A program made the position numbers and the translations under genes. Below are positions 39,601 to 53,400 of a stretch of 64,000 nucleotides of DNA, piece after piece. This stretch comes from Lama glama (lineage: Eukaryota). Location of the stretch: NCBI GenBank assembly GCA_028534125.1, contig CM052818.1:44580001-44644000 (forward strand), written 5' to 3'. The stretch's first letter is position 1. Each line of letters begins with the position of its first letter. Under the pieces are notes generated by a model that did not search any database, was not told the origin of the DNA, and saw nothing but the letters and a program-made list of their open reading frames with translations.

Positions 39601-40293
39601 CGTATTAACCATGTCTTTCCATTTTCTATATTTAGTGCTTTAATATCTAAAGCTTTGCTGACCCTGGAGAGACAGCCCCTCCCAGAGTAGCCAGAAAGAA
39701 AATTCAGTGTCACTTCCAAACACCTGGTCTTGTGATTCAAAAGAAAAACCAGCACGATTTCTCTATTTTCTTCAGAATAAAAACCTCTTACAAGTGGCCC
39801 AGCTGAAGTCCAGCTCTCCATGATTGGTTTCTCCTTCAGGTCCCAGGCCTGATGACTTTCAGGGCACATCTTTCACTTGTAAACCGACCACTCCAAAGCC
39901 CTTAACTCAACCACCTCCTTGATCAAGTGCTATCTGGGCCACTGTCCACCTGTCCTCATCAGCCCGGGAGGAAGGCCCAGACAACGAGGGACAGCCCCTG
40001 TCCCCCAGAGCCTGCTGAAACAAACCATTCACACTGGCCAGCCCTAAGCCTGCTCACCCTGCCTGTCCATCCCCAACCCTTGGAAACCTCAGTAGAGACT
40101 CGTACCCACATTTTCCCACTTCCTTCGACCTCCTGACTGACCCTGATGCTTCCTCGTGTGGCCCTGCAAGGAGTACCTGCCTCCTGTTTGTAGGGATCTG
40201 TGAAACCCATAGACTTCTTCCTTCATGACAGTCATTTCTGGGTCCGCATGTCTCACCGTACCTGAATTAAGCAAATCTTGGTTATCCTTAAAA
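39601..40293 (+). mobile_element. ERVL-class solo LTR (MER74-like)
   Basis: Starts GTATTAACCATGT, contains CTTTGCTGACCCTGGAGAGACAGCCCCTCCCAG, ends TTAAAACA. Confidence 0.7.
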
Positions 40294-40519
40294 CACTCGG
40301 CATCCTGGAGCCTCAAGACCAGAAGGTGGGACCTGGCAGAGGCAGCCATGATCACATGGAGACATCGACATCCCCAGGAAGATTATACAAAATATTTAGG
40401 GACAGTTTTAGGAAGGCCACCGACCCTACCAAACTGACACCCAGCCAACCCGAAAGGGCACGTCAACCTTGGACACAACAATTGGTAATTCACATAGCTT
40501 TTTATAGGGTGACTAAAAT

Positions 40520-40740
40520 ATAGCTTCTAGAATCTGACTGGCTTGAGCTCAAATCCCTAGACCCGTCACAAAATATCTGTGTGATCTTGATCTAGTTACT
40601 TAACTTTTCTGTGCTTCAATTTTTCATCTGTAAAATGGGGGTGAGAATATATTGTTATGATGAGGATTGAATGGGAATGAATTTAAAGCACTTAGCACAG
40701 AAACAGACACATATGATGCATCAAATACATGTCATATCAT
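40520..40740 (+). mobile_element. MIR SINE followed by (ATC)n(ATT)n
   Basis: CTGTGTGATCTTGA...TCTGTGCTTCAATTTTTCATCTGTAAAATGGGG...AAAGCACTTAGCACAG. Confidence 0.8.
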
Positions 40741-42390
40741 CATCATCATCATCATTATTATTATTATTCCTCTGCATATAAAAAAACGACATACTAAAGG
40801 GATGGCACAGTCACTCATGGGTGTTGAGAATCTGTTGTGTGAACCACCTCCGCCAGGTGCTGTGGACAAGCCTGACTGCTGCTGAAGTTCAGAGCAAAGA
40901 AACCAGCGAGGACTGGGTCAGACAAGTCTAGTCACACATTAACTGAGTACGTCCTACGGGCCTTGCCCTGTTTTAAGTACTGAGCTCATCACTGGGGCAA
41001 TTACAAAGATGACTAAGATACGATCACTTGAGTTATTTATTCCTAGACTAGTGTGGAAAAATAACACACATCCATGGTGAGTTAGGTGCCATCCCAGGTG
41101 CTTCCCACATTTAATTTCTATCATTCTTCTCTAAGCATTGTGGGTATTACCATCCTGGTTTCTATTGGAGAAGCTGAGCTTCAGAAAGATTGAGTAAATT
41201 TCCCAAGGCCACACAGCCGACATGCTCTTTGTGCCCTAAACCACTCTGCCCTCCTTTGTCCAGCTGGCCGACTCTTACTCACCTTCCATCTCCTTTGTGA
41301 TATCTGGCCCAGCTCCTGTGGGTGCAATCAATCATTTCCATGTCAGCACCTGGTTCGTATCTTAATGCTAGCACTTGTCATAGGACCTGGCCTGCCTGTC
41401 CCCCCTGGACTGGGAGCTCCCCACAAGCAGCCACCAGCTTACTCTTCTTGCTCATTAGAGCCCAGTACACTGTGGTCACTCGATGACCATCAGCTGGATG
41501 TATGAATGAAAGGAGTGATGTCCTGCAGGTGCAGTCAGAGGTACCGAGACCACATTTACAGCACTTACAGTTTCTCAGCCTGTGAGACAGTGATTCCTCG
41601 AGGGCTTTGCATTTCACAGGAGTCAAAGCTTGAGGAGGAGGAAGAGGCAATCAGGACCAATACCATCGGGTGGCAATGTGGAGGCTTGGTTTCTGTGTCC
41701 TCCCTCCTTTGTCCTCTTCTCCAGGGACTCACACCCCCTTCAGTCACGGAGATGGTCAAGCCTGAGGCGAGGTCCAACCCTGGCAGGGCTTCCCCGAAGG
41801 CTTGGAAACCGTGAGGCCCATTAAGTCAAACTTTGTTAATTTGCACCAAGCCCGAGACTCATGTCAACATACAACACACTTTATTTTTTCAATTACAAAT
41901 AATGACTTGGTGTCAGCAACAAAGTGCCCCCTAGAAAGGTTTTGATGTGGATATATCTTTTTAAAAGAGATACAAATAACACAGTATTTTGCATATAAAG
42001 GAGGGTTCTAAAATGCCTGAGGGCCACTTTTTGAGGAGAGTGCTTTAAAGGAGGCCCGAAGTGCAAAAACCTGAACTCGGCTGATGGGCCTGAGCAACGG
42101 CCTCAGACCTATAACTGACAACCCAAAAGTGGCAGCTCGTATATTGCATTTATGCTCTTAAGTTTCAGGACAAAGCTCTGTTCACAAAATGGGCAAAGCC
42201 TCGTGTCTGAAATATCACAGATTCCAAACGAGAAGGCTCCTAATAAACCAGGTTCACTCTGTTTAAAAAGAAGAGCCAGCAACAACCTCCTGAAGGGCAC
42301 CGTGCACTTCAGAACCCCGGGAGAAACGTATGCAGCCCATGTTCTCACATTTGCATGCAATTTACAAGCCCAGCTTTTAAAAAGTAGGTG

Positions 42391-42750
42391 CTGGCAACCA
42401 CCAGCCTGTTCTCTGTATCTGTGAGTTCCGTTTTGCTTTGTTTTAGATTGGTGGTTGCCAGAGGCAGGGGGTGGAGTTGGCGAAATGGGTGAAGGGGGTC
42501 CGAAGGGACAAACTTCCAGTTATGAAACAGGTCCTGAGGCTGTAACATCCCGCGTGGTGACCATAGTTAGCAATACTGTGTTGTATATTTGAAAATCACT
42601 AAGAGAGTAGATCTTAAAAGTTCTCATCACAAGAGAAGAAAAAAGTGCAACTCTGTATGGTGATGGATGTTAACCATGATATAGCTATATATAGAATCAT
42701 TATGCTGAAACTAATAAAATGTTACATGTCAATTACATCTGTTTTTAAAA
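42391..42750 (+). mobile_element. L1 3'UTR fragment with an inverted 5' segment
   Basis: 42391-42448 is reverse-oriented L1 3'UTR; forward 3'UTR runs from 42449 (TGGTGGTTGCCAGAGG...AGAGAGTAGATCTTAAAAGTTCTCATCAC). Confidence 0.85.
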
Positions 42751-44759
42751 ACAGCTTTTCTATACCATCTACCAATTCAACATTGGTCTGGACTAATCAG
42801 CTCATCTTTTAAGTTTGGGGGGAGAACAAACAGAACAAACTTTTTACCTACAGCATCCACAGATTTAATACACTCAGCAAATTCAGTTGCTCTGAGGAAA
42901 GAGTTTATGATGGGAGGGTGGAAATGCTGGAGAGATGAGAAGGCACATTTAAAAAAAAAAAGAAATCAAGCCCCAATTCATTAGCTCAAAAGGGGATGGG
43001 TTTCTATGTAGAAACAACAACCACGAAGATGAAGAAATTGCTGCCTCTGAAGACACTAGGTCCACATGACACTGTTCTAGCATTTCTCAGAAGAGGCGGG
43101 TGAGGAGGGAGTCAGTCACGGCAGCTCGGATTCTGGGGAGGACTTTCACATCAAGAACTCAGAGAGAGCCTCCTGATCCTGTGTACGTCCAGTTCCTTCT
43201 ACGAAAACACCTGGTCTCCTGAGACAGCTGCGGTGTAGCTGGCCCCCTGCCAGGCTGGAGAGAGGGCAGCGGAAGACTCAGCACACATGTGCCCCACTCT
43301 CCGGGCTTGCCCCGGAGCACCACGAGCTGAGCTGACCCAGATGACAGACACCCACATCCCTGTGGAACTGGGACCTGCGGGGAGGGGCACTGGAGGGAAA
43401 GGCTGTCTGTTGCTCTGGAGAAAATCACAACGCAGTTTGTGCTGGACACAGTGGTGCTCTCTGACCACCCCCGCCACCTACAGCCTGGCCATGACTGCAC
43501 GCAAAGCCGGGTACGTCCAGGTTGGGACGTCACCCACATTTGAGGGAAGCATGACAAGCAGGGCCTGCCCTCTCCTTCTCAGGGGGTTGCTCCTGACTGG
43601 GGGTGGGGCTGGCTCCCGGCCTGGGGAGGTGGGAGGAGGGAGCTGTCATTGCGGTGGGACAGAGCAGGGACCTGGGAGCCAGGTGCCCACAGCCAACAGG
43701 CTGACTAGGCGTGAGTCAGGTGTTCAGTCACAAGATGGCCAACCAAGAGCTCCTCCATTCAGCTCACCCATGATGGTGGCCTCTCCTTGATCCCGGGCTA
43801 AGCCTCGTCACTACCAACGACAGGTAAGAAAGGAACAAGTAGGTCGCCAAGGCTCAGCAAACCTGGGGAGGCGGGCTGAATTCCTAAGTTGTGATGCAAA
43901 GACTTTCAGGCTAAAGCAGGGAGAGGCAGGAGTCAAAACCTGGTGTGGGCAGAGGGGCTGAGGGGTGCTCCTTCCTGCACCCCATCCCCCAGACCCCAGC
44001 ACTGGCCACCAGCCCCCAGGAGCCGCTGCTCCAGCCTGGAAGGCAGTCAGAGCTCAGGGCTGCCACAAACACATGAGCTGGGCTAGGCTTTTGGAATGTG
44101 CCGCAGGCTGGCCTGGGGGCACACACGGGGCCTCGGGTTTGCGGGCTGCCTGTATGATGACGGCTTCACTTGAAAACAAAGAGAGAACAAGCCAGAACTC
44201 CACAGGTGCATCCTTCTTAGGACTTGAGCTAGGGGACTACTCAGACTGTTCTCACGGGACACGGCTCAGCTCTTAGGAACAAATACCCTTTTCTGGGCAA
44301 AAGGCTGGGGATCCAGAGACAAGGTTGGGGGTGGGGGCGCAGTTCTGAAGAGGTCCCAGGCCCACGCCACGGATGCCTGCTGATCTGGAGAGCCATGTGA
44401 AAGAGAGCACGATGTAGCAGGTGTAGAGGGAGGGCCACAGGGGAGCGACAGCTGAGCTCAGCTGTGCAAGTGGACAGGGATTCTCAAGGCTGAAAGGGGA
44501 AAAGAATCCACAGAGGATGGAAAGGGGTACAAGGGTGTCAAAGCTCAGAGCAGCAGCCCCCAGTGGCCTGCAGCCTGATGTGGGGCAGGAGGACGCACCC
44601 GCAGGCCACGCAGGGCTGGCGGAGTGGTGGATGAAGCTGGATTTGCTCCTGCCTCTCCGTGCTTTGTCCAGAAAGCCAGCAGCCAGCCTGAGTTTGTGTA
44701 CATGACTTAGGGACCTGGTCCACTTGGTCCCCAAATGCTCCACCTTAGGGTCCTTGCTC

Positions 44760-45135
44760 CACCTTAGGGTCTCTCTACCAGGAGCATCTTTCCTCTCAAA
44801 TCAGATGACCAACTCCCTCAACTCAGTCAAGTCTTTGCTCAGATGTTATCTGACCATAGTTCTGCCCTCCCACTCCAGAATTTCTGACCCTGGTACTGAT
44901 TCATTTTTTCCCATTGCATTTTTGACCTCCAACACATTAGATAATTTACATATTTATTTCACTTATCATTTATGGATGGTCCAGATGTGAACTCCGTGAG
45001 AGCAAGGCTTTATTTTTAATTTGTTTTGTTTTCTTTCGGTCAGATTTGTCCACAGCTGTGTCCCAAGTTTCTAGCACAGTTCTTGGCCTCCAAGGGGCTC
45101 TCGATAAATATTCTTGAGTGATGGAATTGAATGAA
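44760..45135 (+). mobile_element. L2 LINE 3' fragment
   Basis: CAAGTCTTTGCTCAGATGTTA, GATGTGAACTCCGTGAGAGCAAGG, CTCGATAAATATTCTTGAGTG...TGAATGAAT. Confidence 0.75.
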
Positions 45136-46189
45136 TTATAGCCTCATGACTGCTTTGGGCCTTGGTTTTAAGATCCTTATTTGATGGGCAGCAACACGGA
45201 GCAAATAAACCGTGTGGCGTCACAGACGATGGGTCGTCATGGAGATTCACAGATGCTCAGGAAATGACTGGAGAGCAGTACACGGAGCACTTCAACTATA
45301 ATCACCTTTTTTTTCCAAAGTAGTAGTTCACAATGCAGATGTTCACAATATTATTCTCTATAACTGTTGTATGTATGAAAGTGTTCATATTTTAAAAAAA
45401 TTAACAGATACGCAAAAAGTTAGCCATGACTATTATGCGGCCAGTCCCGTGCTAGGTGTTGGGCTGGGAAGTGGGTGGGGGGTGGGGGGTGCACGAAGGA
45501 CCCTGGTCCTGTCCTCCAAGGGGTTGGTACGTACAGTGAGACAACACAGCGACTTCCTCCAGCACAACACACAACAAGGACAGAACACACAAGGAAGCCA
45601 GTCCAGGATTCACGGGCAGACGAGTGATACGGACGCTCAGTGGCACAGAAGTTCAGAGGCATCAAGACGGCTGTGGACAAAGGGGTTGGGGGACCCTCAC
45701 AAGGACAGGGAGCTGAGCTCAGCTCTGAGGAGCCAAGGGAAGGAGAAAGGCTTCATGGAGAACAGGAGCTGTCACCCGGTGCTCTCGCAGGAAGCTCGTG
45801 GGACAATAACGGAGCGTCTGACCCTAGAAACGTCTGTGAACTTCACTATAACCTCATCCAATCATGGAGTTGCTGGTTCTATACAACCCACAGAGTCTCT
45901 TCTGTTTCGAGGATTCTATAATTCTCTGTGCCAAAATGACAAGTTCATTCAACTCTAGGCATTGGGCGCGCAGAATTTTTAAAATAGATGGCCCTTGCCT
46001 CAAAGAATTCACAATCTAATATGGGAAGACTCTTTGGTTCCCTTAACAACCTTGAGAAGGAGACACAGCAAAGAAGAGGAAACTGATGCTCAGAGAGGTA
46101 CCAAGCACAAAACACAAACCCGGCCTCGGGGAGCTCCGTTCCAGGGGTGGGTTCCCAGGTAAACAAGAAGCAACATTCTTGGTGATCTC

Positions 46190-46520
46190 CCGCACTTTGA
46201 CACGCCTGTGAGTGGGCCAGAGGGCTCTTGTTAAGAATGCAGATTTGGATCCGGCAGGCCTGGGGTCGGTCTGAGAGTCTGCACTTCTGATTAGCGCCCA
46301 GGGGATGCTTCTGCTGCTGGTCTGAGGACCAGCCCAGGGCTCTAGACTCAGACCAGCTCAGACTGCTGACCAGACCATTCAGCAGTGCCTGAATCACACT
46401 TAGATCATTCTAGATTCTCTAGATCAGTGCTTCCCAAAGTGGGCTTCACATCAGAGTCACATGGGCAACTTGCTGATGCCCACAATTTGCCTCCATAGGG
46501 ATGGGATCTGGAATTTCATA
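46190..46520. mobile_element. MER5-type hAT-Charlie relics
   Basis: CTTGTTAAGAATGCAGAT...CTGAGAGTCTGCACTTCT...GATGCTTCTGCTGCTGGTC and CAGTGCTTCCCAAAGTGGG. Confidence 0.65.
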
Positions 46521-47752
46521 GTCTTTTTCTTTTTCTTTTTTTTTAACATGTTCATCAGGGCCTCCGGGGCACAGACTTTGCCCCACCTGACCTTCCGGAG
46601 ACCCTGACAATCCACTCTGCCTTTTCAATTTCTCTGACTCTCCAGCTCCACCTGCTGGATCCATCTTGTCTGTCACAACAACCACAAAGCTTCGTTCCAT
46701 TCACAACTGGGCACAAGCCGAAGAAAGCCTCTGCGGTGTGATTTGACGTGTACAAGGAAGACAGGCCCCTGATCCCAAAGAAGAGGCCCCCACCACGTTA
46801 GCTGGTCTTGATGCCTTAAATTTCTCAGGCTGCATTACAATCCCAAGATCAGAGAGCCAGGACCCTGCTTATCTCTGTTTCCTGGGGTTTAGCAAAGGGT
46901 ACAGAAGACAGACCTAGTAAATGGCAGTAAAATTTAAATAAAAACTTTGAACTAAGCTTTGCCCTTCTTTTCTATTTTTATCAAAAGAAAACATCTGGAG
47001 AGGAGTGATTTAAATGAGTTTCCTCCTGCGGTTTTCTTCTGGGACACAAAGTGGGGAACACCAGAGCACCGTGTGCCTCAGAGGAAAGGAGAGGTGGAAA
47101 CGTGCGAGAAGGAAGGGAGGCGGGGCCTCTGCAGAGCACTGACTGCTAAGTAGTTCACAACACTATGACTCGGGATCTACATCCGCTCGCTCATCAGAAC
47201 TGAAGAATTCACGAATGTTCTCTATTGCAGGCCTCACTCTAACCTATTGAATCAAAATCTCTAGCGGGAGAACCCAGGAACTTTGTGAAGCTCCCAGGTC
47301 ATTCAGGTATTTGGGAAGCACTGTATCACATCACTCGCCCTTCACGGCAACCCATTTTACAGATGAGGCCACTCAAGTGCAAGGGGACTCACTGGAGTCA
47401 CACAGCCAGAGTCAAAGCAAAGAGAAGGAAGTGGGACCCACCTTTCTGGTGGCATTTTCACAGGAAGTAGAAACATTCAAAATCCTGGGGTAATAGGTGA
47501 TGACTTTTTGCTCTGAATCTGCCAGTGTTTATTTAGGATACAGTGAGGCAATGCTCCCGTTTAAGACATATTGCCCTTGTTGACTTCACCCTGCACGCCT
47601 CCAAGTGAGTCATCCTTAGTGTGAGCCAGGGACGTGGATGGCCTGTAAGAAAGTGGCAGCCACCAGAATTCACAGGGAACAAGCCTGGCAAAGAAAATGC
47701 TTTTTTTTTTTTTTCATAGAATAGTTAGGGTGGCAGAGCAGGGGCATGTCAT

Positions 47753-47789
47753 ACACACACACACACACACACACAGACACACACACACA
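47753..47789. repeat. Interrupted (CA)n microsatellite
   Basis: Directly visible. Confidence 0.95.
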
Positions 47790-48699
47790 GGGTATTACAG
47801 GTCTGAACAAGGCATCCGATAAAATCTTTCAGCATGCCCTAAAAGATGTGTTGCATGACTTGGGCTGGGTAATGTTGTAGTAAGTACAGCTGGTTCAACT
47901 AACATTCCTGAAGGACAAGAAAATCCGCTTAGACGAGGCCTCAAATCTCATGCCTCTGGCTCTGTTCTTATTCTCTCCTCCTTAAGCATTTTGTTAATAT
48001 CGACTTGGGGTAGAAAGCCCCTGTGTGACTTAGGGTCAAGATGCTGTAATGCATTTGTATTTTGAATGGCCCCCTCTAATCCAAACTCAGTATATTAAAG
48101 GACAAAACAAAATGCCATAGTGAGGCTCACAAACGAGGGAAATGTTTCATGAACCAGAGATAGATCAGACACGTAAAGCCATGGTCTAAGAGGCTCTGGT
48201 CTAGAAGCAGAGGGTGTGACCAGCACCTGCGGGCAGGTGAGGTGGGGCCCAGGAGCCAGGCTCCACACTGAAGCCTGTCTTGAGAAGGGGTTTCCATTGC
48301 TGGCCAAAAGAGACTCAAAACTTTCTCCAGCCCTACTGCTTGGGGACAAGGCTAGGTGAGGGAACAATGACACAACCTTTCAAACAGAAATCACACTGAG
48401 GTGCTGTCTCACTCAAGTCTGTGTCAAAAAGTCCCCAGTATCTCTACAAGAAAGGAGCTCTGTGGTTGACCTTTTAAGGCCTCGCTCTGGACTGTGCTCC
48501 AGGGACCTGGGGAGGCAACTAGACTTGGGTGCGTCTCTTAAATCTTTCAGCCTTAATGTTGGAGAACAAAGGACTGGAGGGGGAAGGGGAATGTGTATTA
48601 GAGTAAAGAAAAAACAACAACACACGTTTGTTCAAAATGATCTCCAAAGTTCTTACACTTATGAAGACATGCAACACTAATAAAGATGGCAAGAGAAAT

Positions 48700-49560
48700 A
48701 AACATTTGGAATATGAATTCACTTCGTCATTTCACTGGACAGCCTGGCAATTATTCTAAAGAAATAATTAAGATGTTTAAAAATATAGATTAAGGAATAA
48801 CTTCCACTAAAAAGAGAAATTATGAAACAGAAAGATACAAAATTTAAACAACAGCTAGCAACTGGGGAAAAGAACCAATTAGAAGCTTTGGAAATGAAAT
48901 ATATAGTCACTGAAACTAAAACAAAGATAAACTCAAGAGAGTGGATAAAATCTAACAAGATGCAATAGAAGAGAGAATGAACGAACTGGAATGTAGTACG
49001 GAAGAGTTCAACCAGCACAGCAAGTCAAAGTGATGAAGAAAGACATAGAAGAGCAGGTAGGAGACCTGGAGGATGCCTGAGAAGCTAGATTTTATGTCTA
49101 ATAACTGTTCCAGAAAAGAGAATTAAGGAAATCCCAGAGAAGAAGCTTTTGAAGAGTTGTCTGAAAATTTTCCAAAACTGATGTAAATCATGAGTGGTGA
49201 GAGTAGACCCTGAGCATTAAGAAGGGCAAATAAAAATAATTCTACACACATAGTGTAAGACTAGTTTTCTTTAAGTACAAAGGGAAAACAGCCATCAGCC
49301 TCAACTGAGCTAACGTCCGAGTGATGACTGGCAGGAGTATAGAAATTACAAATAATTTTACATTGCCTTAGACAACAGTTCAGTGGGTATGTCTAGAAAT
49401 TAAGGAGAACCACTAAAAGAATGGGAATTCAACCTCGAGTCATGGAATCTGCTAAAGAAAAATAGAAAATCAGATGGAAAAAAATACTTTTTCAATTGTC
49501 AATCCAATAGAAGCCAGGAAAGGAACGCAAAGCAAGTCAGATTTTCAGATGCAACAAAAT
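48700..49560 (+). mobile_element. Ancient L1 5'/ORF1 remnant
   Basis: A-rich sequence with AGAAGCTTTGGAAATGAAATATATAGTCACTGAA and CTGAAAATTTTCCAAAACTGATG. Confidence 0.65.
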
Positions 49561-49974
49561 CAGTACATTGGATAACAGAATTAAAGCCCCAAAGGGCTCT
49601 GTCAGGCCTAAATCCAGTGAAATGACATGCAAGACAGATACACTAAGACTCAAAAAGTCAAGTGTGGGGACTACTAGTTGGCTTAGCCGTCAGCAGTTAA
49701 CGCTGAGTGCTCCGGTCTTAGAAACTAGTAAGAGATCCACGAGACCTAGAACAAGGAGGCCAGGCGCCACTCTGCCCCGTGCTGGCCAGATAAAACTTCC
49801 AGAAGGACACTGAACAACTAGAGCCTTCCCGAAGAATATAAGCAGATGTCAGCAGAGCTAGAAGTCCTGCCTCACAGCAAAGAGCTGGAGGAAGGAGCTG
49901 AGCATATTTAGTCTGGAGAAGAAAAGAAGTGGTAAGGTCATGAATGCTGCCTGAATATCCTGGAAGGACACAGT

Positions 49975-50190
49975 TTAAAAATATATATTACATATAAAAG
50001 TAATACATAAAATATTATACATAATATCTATAAATATTATATATCATATGTGTATATATTTATTATACTTAAATCTATATATTTAATATGTAAATACATT
50101 AAATACATTCATAATTAAATAATGTATATATTTAATATTTTGATAAATATACTTTTATTTATCTTTATTAAATTTATTTATTTTATTAAT
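49975..50190. repeat. AT-rich low-complexity tract
   Basis: About 215 bp of almost pure A/T with degenerate (TA)n. Confidence 0.9.
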
Positions 50191-50191
50191 A

Positions 50192-50412
50192 CAGCTGAGC
50201 CTTGAACAAGAGGTTCAAGGGGTTAGGGGCACCGACTGCCCTGCAGTCAAAAATCCACATATAACTTTGTCGCTGGCTTTGCGCATCAGTGGTTCTGCAT
50301 CCACAGAGTCACCCTTCGAGGACGGTGTGGTACTGGAGTATGTACTCAGTGAAAAAAATGTTTGGATTAAGCGGACCCACAGAGTTCAAACCTGTCCTGT
50401 TCAAGGGTTAAA
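50192..50412 (+). mobile_element. MER8-like Tigger MITE
   Basis: TA then CAGCTGAGCCTTGAACAA...GGGGTTAGGGGCACCGAC...AAAATCCACATATAACTTT, with terminal inverted repeat ...TGTTCAAGGGTTA. Confidence 0.8.
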
Positions 50413-53400
50413 AATATATATTTTATTAAATATACATACAAGACTAATTCTGGGTGGCACCAGCGGGTCCAGCTAGGATCAGAGCTGACATCAGAAAAAA
50501 GTGAATTTTGTTTCCCAGGCTGCAGTTGGAGCTGTTCTACCTCCCACGTTCGTTCCCGGAGCTGCTTCTCTCTCCCAGATCCTGTCAGGCGCTAGGGAAC
50601 CAAAGGGGCACAGATTCTGTCCTCAAGAAGTTCACCATCCAGCAGGGGAACAAGGCTGCAGAACAAATCAATGCAATGAAGGAAGCGCTAGACTGATGGT
50701 ACCGAGGACAGCGGGCGCCAGAGGCAGGCGGAGTTCATGTGCTCTCCAAGGGCAGACGAGACAGCTCGCTAGGAAAGTGGCCCAGGAACTGGGCCTTGAA
50801 GAGCAAGCTGGAGCTTGCTGGACAAAGAGGTGGGGACGGAGCTTCGTGAATAGGGGGGCAAGGGCGTGGGAGCGGGCGTGGCTTTGGGGAAAACTTGAGA
50901 GCCCAGCATGACTAGAATTGTGCTTTCATCCCTGAGCACAGACCACCAGTGAAGCTTCTAAGGAAACAGAGATGCGTGGGGCCCAAGCCCACAGACTCTG
51001 ATTCTGTATTATCTGGAAGCTGTGTAAGTGAGTCTGATGTCCAGGACTGAGAGCGTCTACAGGACGCCACGAGGCCAGCTGTGAGTGGAGACTAGATCAG
51101 ATAACCAGCCACCAAGGCCCCTTCCCAGCCAACATTCGCGAAACCCATAGAGCATTAAGTGTTCTTTCATCCAAAGACTTTCCCAAGGGCGGGACCCATG
51201 GAGAACAGTGTCTCTTCTGCTCCCCCCACCCCCATCCCTACATGACCCCAGGAAGAGGTACCGAGCACCAGGGTCAGCTGGAAAATGATCATCACTCAAG
51301 TAAAATAATCCCTGCTGGAGAACCAGATCTCTAACCCCAAGCATCAGGGCCAAGCAGAGACATGCCGCTGGGAGGCTGGCTCCCATGAAAGTGAGAGCTC
51401 ACTCCTGCAGATGCTTCCAGAGAAAAGCACAAAGGCAGCACTGCCAGGGGAGAGAGCAGACCTTTAGAAGCAGGAGGCCTGCACTGGAATTAGGGTTTCA
51501 CTGCTAGTTATGAGACCTCAGGCCAGTTAAGTAATCGCTCTAAGCTCCTCTGTGTATCAACTGAGTGGCTGCTGAATGTTCAGCATGTCAGACTTTCTGT
51601 CCTTTCTCTTTCCATCTGGTGACCTCTCACCCGCTGGGCATTTCTAACTGGATAAAACCCAGGAACTTGATCCCATCTTGCTCCACCTTTAACTGCGTGG
51701 CAAAGTGTCTATCAAATGGCTATTAATAAACTCAGCTTCTGCCCAGGTCACATCAGGGGAGGACACCAATGAGTCAAGTCCCTATTTCCTTTATTTTGAA
51801 TTGCTTTGAAGTTCAAATCACCCTGAATAAAAATAATCTACTCAAGAATTTCCACCTAACTCTAATCACTGGCTGAAATGTTTGACATATTAACTCATTT
51901 TTCATTTGCCCTCCGCCCTTGCATGAAGCAGAGAGGCGTGGGCGCTGCCCAGGTGTGCCCTATCCTGGGTCCTAGTGTGACAGCGTCCTCTAGAGGGCAT
52001 TTCTGGGCCAGGACACCAGGGCTGGAATGACAACAGATCCTCTCTGGGAAGGGCTGCACTTTTATGGAGTAAACCAGGGGCAAGAAGAGCCTGATGGATG
52101 TAACAGGGCATGGAAAAAGGGTCCTCCAGCCATGGCCACACAGAAAGGCTCATCCCACCAATCCCAAGTCTGGAGACTATTAGCCTGTTTTGCTTTAAAA
52201 AGAATTCCAGACTGTGGTTCCAGAGTGGTCAACCTGGATGGCCCACAGGAGGTTACCTCCTCCAAGGGGCCCAAACTATGCGGCTTGGAGCCCTGGGGTG
52301 ACTTAGGAGAGAGAGATGGCAGGGGTTGGTGAGGAGGTGGTGGATGTGGGGCTTGAGAAGGGAGGGCACCGAACTCGCCATCTTTGCATGTCGAACGTTG
52401 TCCCACTTTGACTTCATCTATAGGGAGGGGTCTGCAGATGTTTCCACTGATAGCAAGGGTTCTGCATTGGAAAATGCAGGTGCTGAAAACTGCGATCAGA
52501 TGCAACTCCCTGGACCACAGCTGGACCCCCTCTGGATGAACAGATTTCAAAAATGTGCCCCTTCCTCCCCACTGTCCCAGCCACCCTCAGTCCCAGAGTC
52601 CAGTAGGCTTGGTGAGCGGAGCGCAGGTTGGATTTCTGTCCCCAGGTGCCCCTGAGCCAGCACTCCAATGGGGACCGCCACCTAGAGACCCTACCCAGCA
52701 GCCCCGCCGTACCCTCATGTTGCAAAGGCGCCTGATAAGGCTCGTCTCGAGTGTCACATCCGCCAAGAGTAATAGTGAACTTAGCTTAGCCATGTAGAGT
52801 GGGCACTTCCACACCTGTGGCTGCACAGACAGAGCCTCATGTGGTCTGCAGACAGCCCTAGAGGGGAGCGGTCACCCCTCCAAAGTGACAGCAGACCTGC
52901 TCAACACCACACTGTGAGCCTAGAACCCAGACATCCAGACCATGCAACTTCACTATGGTCCTCTCCTACTGAACACAACTCTCCTCTCGAGAGCTCCTTC
53001 CCTTCACCTGATGACAATTCTTCAAAAGTTCAGAAGCATGTCCCCTGTCCCCCACTACTGTCCCTGATGCAGGAGAGGTCACATTCTTCAGCCCCTCCCC
53101 GCAGACTACAGACCGAAACCAGGAACGTCACGTTCCCATAATGTCCTGCTTTCCTGTCAATCCTGCCTCAGTAAAGAGGACATTAGGTATTTTTATTCCC
53201 AACTTTGATTGTGATTTGCTTAGATCCTTTAACCAGTCCCAAAAGGATCTTAAGCAGCTTAGAAAAAAAAAGAGCCAAGTAATTGAACTGTTCAAAAAGT
53301 AGATCAAAAGCCATGAAATGGAGCAGGAATTAGGGTGAGGGGAGGAAGTGGAGAGAACTATTCCTGCCATCCGGACTCAGGATAATCCGGCAGTTGGGCA

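Noticed and set aside
43159..43790. Overlapping ORFs and a strong minus-strand acceptor at 43374
   Set aside because: No convincing paired donor and no recognisable peptide.
44736..44773. Short tandem duplication (19-bp period; similar ones at ~10337-10372 and ~61615-61656)
   Set aside because: Ordinary slippage duplications, with two copies only and no array or CRISPR-like spacer structure.
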